Shown here piece by piece: positions 57,394 through 64,000 of a stretch of DNA of 64,000 nt. The notes beneath the pieces were generated by a model. That model did no database searches. It was not told where the DNA came from and saw only the letters and a list, made by a program, of their open reading frames with translations. Position 1 is the first letter of the stretch. Each line of letters begins with the position of its first letter. The position numbers and the translations under genes were made by a program. Source of the DNA: an uncultured Opitutia bacterium (GTDB lineage: Bacteria > Verrucomicrobiota > Verrucomicrobiia > Opitutales > CAJWYM01); assembly GCA_913049555.1 (NCBI GenBank), contig CAJWYM010000003.1:5797-69796 (forward strand), in the 5' to 3' direction.

Positions 57394-58201
57394 AGTTCAT
57401 TTCTTCCTCCCCCTTAAGGAAAAGTAAATGGTTGTTATTTGTTTGTCCGACGAAACTGTCTTCTTTAAATTGTAACATTCTCAATGAGTAACCCCTCATC
57501 GCTTTCCGTGTATGGATGTGAAGCAAACCATCTTCCATGCAATAGTCCATTTCTATAGATTGGATTGCGTATGCATCCAACTCAGGATTTGCAATAATAC
57601 TGAGTTCAACCCAACTATTCCACAATACATCAACATATTGAACCGCTGGCTGATTCAATTGAGTAATTTTTGTCATTCTTCCCGGAAGAAAATCTCTAAA
57701 TTCCTTATTTTCGTAACACCACGCCCTTACATGCCAACGAAACCCATCACTACAAATCGAGTGGGGAGCAATTTTACGTCTTTTCAATGTGTTTGAATGC
57801 AGAGAACAATAGGTAATCTCTAAAATATTTTTTGCATGTATTGCTCTTAGATTACTTCTTAATTTTTCAACACTACTAATCCTACTTGGGTGATTGATTT
57901 TATTTTGATGTTCCTGATGATTTAAAAAAGTGTCTAAGGCATCCTCAAAATCGAACAAATCTATGAATATAGGATTAAAGTTCCTCGATGGGATATATCG
58001 CTTCACTTTTAAACAATATTCAATAGAACCCGGATTCAATAACTGGTATTTTTGAATATCTGAGGAAGCTTGTGGTAATGAAATTGAAAACCGCATAGAT
58101 AAATCTGAGCGATTTACTTTTCCAAGCCACCACAAACATTTTTCTATATGCTTCAATCGCTCTTTAGCATCCCATGCTAATGGATTCGTAAAATTTGGCA
58201 T
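57392..58201 (-). CDS. wHTH-WYL-domain transcriptional regulator (BrxR/CapW/PafBC-like architecture)
   Basis: 269 aa. N-terminal winged-HTH-like KVNRSDLSMRFSISLPQASSDIQKY. Central WYL-like core RRKIAPHSICSDGFRWHVRAWCYENKEFRDFLPGRMTKI. The C-terminal extension WVELSIIANPELDAYAIQSIEMDY...RKAMRGYSLRML is WCX-like. Confidence 0.7.
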   Translation of the reverse strand: MPNFTNPLAWDAKERLKHIEKCLWWLGKVNRSDLSMRFSISLPQASSDIQKYQLLNPGSIEYCLKVKRYIPSRNFNPIFIDLFDFEDALDTFLNHQEHQNKINHPSRISSVEKLRSNLRAIHAKNILEITYCSLHSNTLKRRKIAPHSICSDGFRWHVRAWCYENKEFRDFLPGRMTKITQLNQPAVQYVDVLWNSWVELSIIANPELDAYAIQSIEMDYCMEDGLLHIHTRKAMRGYSLRMLQFKEDSFVGQTNNNHLLFLKGEEEMN

Positions 58202-58551
58202 AAATAGATCTTATCAAGTTATGATAAAATTACAAGTAGTTATCTTTTTACTAGGGGTCAAGTAGGGAAAATAAAACCTATAAAATCCTAATTGATATCA
58301 GTCTTATAAAAATTGTTTTTCCAGAAATATTTTGAATTCTTAGAAGGATTTTTCAATGAATTTAAAGAATTTTAACAAAACTAAATTTATGCATCTAATT
58401 TTTATTCAATTCATAAAATACTCCGAAATTTGTTCTTTTTTGTATCATTTTGATTTTAAAAATTCGCGTATCTCTATTTACCCAAACAATTAACCAAGGA
58501 TTTTGTTTGAATCCTAGTTTCTGGAGCTGGTTCTCAAGGATCCAAATGGTA

Positions 58552-58968
58552 TTATAAATTGGGTTGCTTCCAGGAAAATACTCGGCTGTTCTTGAACTCT
58601 ACCACGCCTCGAGTGCTTCCTTTTCCATAATAGTAGTCAAAATGAAGTGCTTTGTGGATTTTTATACTGCTTGGTTTGCCCAAAATAGAAAGGACCTCGT
58701 TGGCAGACATTTTTTTATTTAATTTTGCCCAAGGTCCCGTTTGTAATTTCGTTTTACTGCTAGTATTGATTGTATCGAATTTGTCATTCAGTTCTTGGAT
58801 CTGTTTTTTTTGATCGATGACTTGTTTTTCAAGCCGATCCAGTCGCTTCAATAATTCGATGTATTGATCTTGTTTCAATTCAGCGGATAGTGAGCCCACT
58901 AAAAGGAGGGCTGAGAAATAAAAGAGTGAATTTTTGATCACGGTTCTAGTAGTTAGTCTCAAGTTCAA
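58552..58968 (-). CDS. Secreted hypothetical protein with a short coiled coil
   Basis: 138 aa with a signal-like LFYFSALLLVGSLSA and the heptad-like stretch LLKRLDRLEKQVIDQKKQIQELNDKF. It overlaps the deoC 3' end by 23 nt. Confidence 0.5.
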   Translation of the reverse strand: MNLRLTTRTVIKNSLFYFSALLLVGSLSAELKQDQYIELLKRLDRLEKQVIDQKKQIQELNDKFDTINTSSKTKLQTGPWAKLNKKMSANEVLSILGKPSSIKIHKALHFDYYYGKGSTRGVVEFKNSRVFSWKQPNL

Positions 58969-59674
58969 CTCTTTGTTTCGTTCCCATCAATTCTCCGATA
59001 ATTTTTAAAGAACTGCCTGTTCCTATTCGAGAACAACCCAGTTGGATAAAGGTTGCCGCATCCTTTGCTGTTCGGATTCCTCCAGAGGCTTTGATCTTCA
59101 TTGCGGAACTGCTATACTGAATCATTCTTTTTATGGTTTCTTCAGTCGCACCTATATAATTGTAGTCTCCAGATTTTTGTTTTGTGTAACCAAATCCAGT
59201 GGATGTTTTGATGAAATCAACCCCAAGATCCGAGCAGATTTTGCATAAATTTCTCAAGTATATCTCTTTACCGTTTAAAAAATCGGTTTCGAAAATAACT
59301 TTTAAGATTTTGTGATTTTTTTGGGAGATTTCTAAAATTGTTTCAATCTCATTGGAGACGGTTCGCCAGTCCTCTGATAAAGCTTTTCCAATATTAAGGA
59401 CCATGTCGAGTTCCTGAGCTCCGTCTTGAATCGCTTGTATGCTTTCAGCCGCTTTTGTTTGCGTACTTGTATTGCCGTGAGGGAATCCTATGACTGTGCA
59501 AATAGGTGTTTTTTTACTTTCTTGGGCAGCTAATTTTACTTGACATGGGGGCACGCAAAAAGAAGCAATAGGATACTCATCGAGCTTGTTTATTTCTCTT
59601 ATCAAATCTTCATCAGTAGTGGTTGGGTGCAAGATTGCATGGTCTAAAGTTTGGATGATTTTTTCGGAATTCAT
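58946..59674 (-). CDS. deoC: Deoxyribose-phosphate aldolase
   Basis: 242 aa with LDHAILHPTTT, VIGFPHG, ELDMVLNIG, LKVIFET, and DFIKTSTGF (Schiff-base Lys). Confidence 0.85.
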   Translation of the reverse strand: MNSEKIIQTLDHAILHPTTTDEDLIREINKLDEYPIASFCVPPCQVKLAAQESKKTPICTVIGFPHGNTSTQTKAAESIQAIQDGAQELDMVLNIGKALSEDWRTVSNEIETILEISQKNHKILKVIFETDFLNGKEIYLRNLCKICSDLGVDFIKTSTGFGYTKQKSGDYNYIGATEETIKRMIQYSSSAMKIKASGGIRTAKDAATFIQLGCSRIGTGSSLKIIGELMGTKQRVELETNY

Positions 59675-59683
59675 GGGTGGGTT

Positions 59684-60979
59684 TTATGAGATCAATTGAT
59701 GGATGGTTTCTACAGCTTTTTGGGTAGCGCCTAAATTATTGTTGTGCCACTGGCGTCCAGCATCGCCCATGGATTTCATTTTTAATGGATTCTGTAAGAT
59801 TTCAATGAGTTTGCGTTCAGCATCGTGGTTGTTCTGAACTTCAATTGCAGCTCCTGCTTGTAATAAGGATTGAGAGATATCCTTAAAGTTGCTCATATTG
59901 GGACCAAACAAGATTGGAATCGACAAGGAAGCAGCTTCAATTGGAGTTTGACCTCCTTGGTTTGGGTGCATGCTTTTTCCAATGAATGCAAGGTCTGCGA
60001 CTTGGCTGATGTGTTTCAACTCTCCTGTTGTATCGGCCAAATAAATATCAATTTTTTGGTTGTCTGGGGATTTACAAATGGATCTTTGGTGCCAATTCAT
60101 CTGGCTCAATTTTAGTTCTCTTACGATCTCATTTTTTCTTTCTGCATGTCTGGGAACCAGAATAAGACGTGCATGGATGCCATTTTTACGAATGTTCATG
60201 AAAGCTTTTATCAACATTCTCTCCTCACCGGGCCAAGTACTAGAACCTAAAAGAATCCAAGGTATTGGATCTTCAGCTTCTAGTTGAAACAATTCTTTGC
60301 GAATTTCTTTTCTGATGGCTTCTAAATTTTCTGCAGGTGCTGTGACATCAAACTTTAGGTTTCCACAAAATTCAACTTGGTTGGGCGGTATCTTTAGTTC
60401 TAAGATTCGCTGGTAGTCCTGTTGGGTCGATGCAAGAATCACAGTGAACCTTTTCAGAAACATGTTTTGAATCCATTTGAATTTCTTATACCTATTGAAA
60501 GAGCGATCAGACAATCGAGCATTGATCAGAAGGGCTGGAACCTTTCGTTTTTTTGCTTGATATAAGTGCTCAGGCCAAACCTCACTGTCCATCATAATAA
60601 TGCAGTCAGGATTGAAGGTTTCCCAAGCATTTTTGGAGAATGGAACAAAATCAATAGGAAATACCGAAATGTAATCGACCAAGCTGCTGTATTTTTCTTT
60701 AGCAGCAGCAAAGCCGGTGCTAGTAGTGGTTGTCAGAAATACTTGAAAATCTTTCTGCAGAGTCAGTTCCTCTAAGAGTTTACTGATGGAGAATAACTCT
60801 CCCACACTGACCGCATGGATCCAAATTCGTTTTTTTCTCTTTAGAGGGACTTGATTGTAAATTCCGATTCGATTTTTAAATCCTTTGGTGTATCCCCCTC
60901 TTTTAAACATTCGAAGCAAGTAGTAGGGCAAGACAAAGACAAGGCAAGGGAGGAACAACAAGCGATAAAAAAGGATCAT
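59684..60979 (-). CDS. waaA: 3-deoxy-D-manno-octulosonic acid (Kdo) transferase
   Basis: 431 aa with an N-terminal membrane anchor, WIHAVSVGE, VPRHAER, IGKSMHPNQGGQTPIEAA and GPNMSNF, all typical of WaaA/KdtA. Confidence 0.85.
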   Translation of the reverse strand: MILFYRLLFLPCLVFVLPYYLLRMFKRGGYTKGFKNRIGIYNQVPLKRKKRIWIHAVSVGELFSISKLLEELTLQKDFQVFLTTTTSTGFAAAKEKYSSLVDYISVFPIDFVPFSKNAWETFNPDCIIMMDSEVWPEHLYQAKKRKVPALLINARLSDRSFNRYKKFKWIQNMFLKRFTVILASTQQDYQRILELKIPPNQVEFCGNLKFDVTAPAENLEAIRKEIRKELFQLEAEDPIPWILLGSSTWPGEERMLIKAFMNIRKNGIHARLILVPRHAERKNEIVRELKLSQMNWHQRSICKSPDNQKIDIYLADTTGELKHISQVADLAFIGKSMHPNQGGQTPIEAASLSIPILFGPNMSNFKDISQSLLQAGAAIEVQNNHDAERKLIEILQNPLKMKSMGDAGRQWHNNNLGATQKAVETIHQLIS

Positions 60980-61145
60980 TTTTTAAATTTTTTTGGAGGG
61001 ATTCATCTTAAATCTACTTGCTCCATAGGAGACCGATTCAATCATCGAGTGGATGGATACAAACCGTCTTGAAAGACGATCCGAGAGAACAAGTCGTTTC
61101 TTTGGATACATCCTTTAAGATTGGCGAAATTGACTCGTCTTTTCA

Positions 61146-63077
61146 ATGTCTTTGATATTTAAATCAAATAGAATTATGAAATGGAGTTCAAAAAAATCAT
61201 CCGAGTTGTATGGAGTAGATCAATGGGGTCGAGGGTATTTTCAGGTCTCGAAGTCAGGGGATTTAGAAGTTTTGTTGAAAGATGGCAGGAAAAAAGTAGC
61301 CGTTAGTTTGCCCGAAATTATCAACGGATTGAGAGAGCGTGGAACCCAATTTCCTCTTTTGTTGCGTTTTGGAGATTTACTTCAAGATCGGATTTCGCAC
61401 CTAAACGATAGCTTTGCCAAAGCAATCAAGCAGGCGAATTATCAAGGGCTCTATCGTGGGGTCTATCCTATTAAAGTAAACCAACAACAAGAGGTCATCG
61501 AGGAAGTCACCCGGGTAGGTAGAAAATATCATTACGGATTGGAGGCGGGCAGTAAACCGGAGCTTCTTGCTGCCCTCGCTTATATGCAAGATCCTGAAGC
61601 ATTGATCATCTGCAATGGTTATAAAGATGAAGAATTTATAAATCTTGCTCTTTATGGTTTAAAAATGGGCTTGCAAGTGATCATGGTTATTGAGATGCCG
61701 GGCGAAATCGACCTTATTCTTGAACGGTCGAAAGCGATGGGTGTGACTCCTATGCTTGGTATTCGAGCTCGTCTTTCGGCAAAGAGTTCTGGACATTGGT
61801 CAGAAAGTGGAGGGGATCGAAGCGTCTTTGGTTTAGGGATCGGTCAAATCATGGATATTGTGAATCGCCTGAAAGCGATGGATCTTTTGAAAGCATTGAG
61901 AATGCTGCATTATCATCAAGGATCTCAGATTCCTAATATTATTATGATGCGTCAGGCTGCGAATGAAGCCGCTAGGATCTATGTCGAGCTGATCAAAGAA
62001 GGGGCACCCATGGGATACTTTGACATGGGAGGTGGATTGGCTGTTAATTATGAGGGAAATAAAACCGGAAATTCGGGCGGAACCAACTATGATATTATGG
62101 AGTATTGTTCTGATATGGTTGAGGTTGTAAAAACCGTTGCTGACAATGCCGGAGTTCCTCATCCAAATCTTGTCAGTGAATCTGGTAGAGCGGTGGTCGC
62201 TTATTATTCTGTTCTGATTTTTAATATTTTAGATGTGAACGAGTTCAGTTCCAGTGAGGAGGCAAAACCTCCCGAAGAGGGAAGTCATGAAGTCTTGGGA
62301 AGCTTGTTTCAGGTTTGGAAGGATTTAAAGCCAGAGAAGGTGCAAGAGTGTTTGAACGATGCCATCTTTTATAGAGATGAAATTCGCAGTCTATTTGTTC
62401 GAGAAACGATCTCTCTTAGAGAGCGAGGCTATTCGGAAAAATTGTATTGGTGTATCTTGAGTAAAATTTGGGAAATGTCGGAGGATCAAGACTATTTGTC
62501 AGATCAAATACAAGAACTGGAAACTTTATTGACCGATTATTACTATGGGAACTTCAGTGTTTTCCAGTCGGTTCCAGATAGTTGGGCGATTGGACAATTG
62601 TTTCCAGTGATGCCCATCCATCGATTGGAGGAAGAACCCACTAGGAAGGCGGTGATTGCTGATATAACCTGCGATTGTGACGGCAAAATCGACCACTTTA
62701 TTGATCCTCAAGGCACCCGAAAAAAATGGCTGCCCGTGCACAAGATTGGAGAGAGAGAGGAGGATTATCTCTTAGGTGTTTTTATGGTAGGAGCTTATCA
62801 AGAGACATTGGGAGATCTTCATAACTTACTTGGAGATACTAATGTGGTCAGTGTGAAGGTGGAAAAAGGGAGAGTTCGCTATCAACGAGAACTTGAGGGA
62901 GATCGGGTTAAAGATGTTTTGTCCTATGTGGAGTATGATCCAAAAGCGCTTGTTAAAAAATTTCGTGAGCTTGCGGAAAGATCTGTTGAACAGGGAAAAA
63001 TTACAGCTCGTGAACGGAAGTCTATCATGAATGACTATGATGCGGGTATCCGAGGCTATACCTATTTCGAATCTTGA
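61146..63077 (+). CDS. speA: Biosynthetic arginine decarboxylase
   Basis: 643 aa with YGVDQWGRGYF, LLRFGDLL, YPIKVNQQ (PLP Lys), LEAGSKPEL, HYHQGSQI and DITCDCDG, which are characteristic SpeA motifs. An alternative start is at 61176. Confidence 0.9.
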   Translation: MSLIFKSNRIMKWSSKKSSELYGVDQWGRGYFQVSKSGDLEVLLKDGRKKVAVSLPEIINGLRERGTQFPLLLRFGDLLQDRISHLNDSFAKAIKQANYQGLYRGVYPIKVNQQQEVIEEVTRVGRKYHYGLEAGSKPELLAALAYMQDPEALIICNGYKDEEFINLALYGLKMGLQVIMVIEMPGEIDLILERSKAMGVTPMLGIRARLSAKSSGHWSESGGDRSVFGLGIGQIMDIVNRLKAMDLLKALRMLHYHQGSQIPNIIMMRQAANEAARIYVELIKEGAPMGYFDMGGGLAVNYEGNKTGNSGGTNYDIMEYCSDMVEVVKTVADNAGVPHPNLVSESGRAVVAYYSVLIFNILDVNEFSSSEEAKPPEEGSHEVLGSLFQVWKDLKPEKVQECLNDAIFYRDEIRSLFVRETISLRERGYSEKLYWCILSKIWEMSEDQDYLSDQIQELETLLTDYYYGNFSVFQSVPDSWAIGQLFPVMPIHRLEEEPTRKAVIADITCDCDGKIDHFIDPQGTRKKWLPVHKIGEREEDYLLGVFMVGAYQETLGDLHNLLGDTNVVSVKVEKGRVRYQRELEGDRVKDVLSYVEYDPKALVKKFRELAERSVEQGKITARERKSIMNDYDAGIRGYTYFES

Positions 63078-63108
63078 GTAAGGAAATAATATTTAGTAAA
63101 AGGGAGAG

Positions 63109-64000
63109 ATGGCTAAGTTATTAATAATAGGGGCTGGAGGAGTTGGAGGAGTCGTAGTTCACAAATGTGCCCGTATGACAGATGTTTTTTCAGAGATTTG
63201 TTTGGCGAGTCGATCGATTGAAAAATGTCATAAAATTGCTTCCCAAATCGACCGACCGATTCGAGTAGAGGCATTGGATGCGGATCAGGTTTCACAGACC
63301 GTCCAATTACTTAGAGATTTTAAGCCCGATTTGGTGATTCATGTAGCTTTGCCCTACCAAGACTTGCATATCATGGATGCCTGCTTGGAAGCTGGGGTCC
63401 ATTATCTGGATACTGCTAATTATGAACCTTTAGAAGAAGCTAAATTTTGTTACAAATGGCAATGGGATTATCGAGCTAGATTTGAGGAGGCTGGTCTTAT
63501 GGCGCTTCTCGGATCGGGATTTGATCCTGGAGTCACCAATGTATTTTGTGCCCATGCCCTAAAACATCATTTCGATGAAATTCATACTGTAGATATCATT
63601 GATTGTAATGCTGGGGATCATGGCCTGCCATTTGCTACCAATTTTAACCCAGAAATTAATATTAGGGAGGTGACTGCTAAGGGGAAGTTTTTTAAGGAGG
63701 GTTCTTGGATTGAGACGGAGCCTCTTAGCGAACAAAGAGTATTTGATTTTCCAGAAGGTATTGGAAAAAAAGAGATGTTCTTGATGTATCATGAAGAGCT
63801 CGAATCTCTTTCGCAAAATATTCCGGGCATCCAACAAATGCGATTTTGGATGACCTTTTCTCAAGAATATTTAACCCATTTGAGAGTTTTAGAAAACGTC
63901 GGTATGACCCGCATTGACCCTGTGGAATATCAAGGACAGAAAATTGTGCCCCTTCAGTTTTTAAAATCCGTTTTACCAGAGCCGAGCAATTTGGGAGAAT
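63109..64000 (+). CDS. Saccharopine dehydrogenase-family protein, carboxynorspermidine/carboxyspermidine dehydrogenase-like (3'-truncated by window end)
   Basis: It is not in the ORF track because no stop is reached. The translation from the ATG at 63109 reads MAKLLIIGAGGVGGVVVHKCA...YLDTANYEP...GSGFDPGVTNVF...FATNFNPEINIRE, the CANSDH-type pattern. It lies directly downstream of speA. Confidence 0.7.
   Translation, partial: MAKLLIIGAGGVGGVVVHKCARMTDVFSEICLASRSIEKCHKIASQIDRPIRVEALDADQVSQTVQLLRDFKPDLVIHVALPYQDLHIMDACLEAGVHYLDTANYEPLEEAKFCYKWQWDYRARFEEAGLMALLGSGFDPGVTNVFCAHALKHHFDEIHTVDIIDCNAGDHGLPFATNFNPEINIREVTAKGKFFKEGSWIETEPLSEQRVFDFPEGIGKKEMFLMYHEELESLSQNIPGIQQMRFWMTFSQEYLTHLRVLENVGMTRIDPVEYQGQKIVPLQFLKSVLPEPSNLGE

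Noticed and set aside
58357-58503. 48-codon plus-strand ORF in the 350-bp spacer upstream of the WYL gene, considered as a candidate anti-CRISPR or small regulator
   Set aside because: It is short and low-complexity (Phe/Ile/Asn/Lys-rich, as expected from AT-rich non-coding DNA). It has no recognisable ribosome-binding site and is divergent from the HTH gene rather than upstream of it in the same direction.
51556-58527. Possible short direct repeats at the island borders (tagttttctgg at ~51562 and tagtttctgg at ~58517), which could be att-like sites flanking the CRISPR-Cas locus
   Set aside because: The match is only ~10 nt, imperfect and in AT-rich DNA. No integrase, transposase or tRNA is nearby, so support is insufficient.
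1-64000. Scan for tRNA, rRNA, transposase, integrase and toxin-antitoxin pairs
   Set aside because: I recognised no T-loop/GTTCGAATC-type tRNA signatures, rRNA segments, DDE or tyrosine-recombinase motifs, or small two-gene TA modules. A covariance-model or HMM scan would be needed to exclude them formally.

Overview
This is a low-GC bacterial chromosomal window with about 55 protein-coding genes. I recognised no rRNA, tRNA, transposase or integrase. The gene content (Cys-type sulfatases, a GH42-like hydrolase, a beta-helix protein, tandem GspE/PilB ATPases, an ECF sigma factor and a Rho with a long low-complexity N-terminus) suggests a marine polysaccharide-degrading member of the PVC group (Lentisphaerae or Verrucomicrobia-like). 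That assignment is inference only. The window has three main parts. (1) 1-10.6 kb is an accessory-looking cluster of secreted, lipoprotein and membrane proteins built from LPP20/FlgP-like, CsgG/LpoB/FlgO-like and TPR modules. It contains an internal partial duplication and two reading frames interrupted by in-frame stop codons. (2) 10.6-51.5 kb is mostly housekeeping: rhomboid, ECF sigma, comM, coaE, rho, gspE-gspE-gspF, ilvA, aroK, a GT9 transferase, a sulfatase/glycosidase cluster, htrA-like, a dedicated ACP-KAS-FAD oxidoreductase trio, pdxJ, a translationally coupled FAD/FeS oxidase-SBP-permease-phosphatase/GDPD operon, UbiB-like, phasin-like and an EEP nuclease-like gene. (3) 51.7-58.2 kb is a complete, apparently intact type II-C CRISPR-Cas9 locus on the minus strand: WYL regulator, cas9, cas1, cas2. 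Its array has 15 identical 36-bp repeats. The predicted tracrRNA and the crRNAs both read on the plus strand. Every repeat carries a near-consensus sigma70 promoter (TTGACC-N16-TAAGAT). The locus begins with a wHTH-WYL (BrxR/CapW-like) regulator gene whose stop codon sits inside the bidirectional tracrRNA terminator. The window ends with deoC, waaA, speA and a partial carboxynorspermidine dehydrogenase-like gene. All functional calls come from motif and pattern recognition on the translations; no database search was run.
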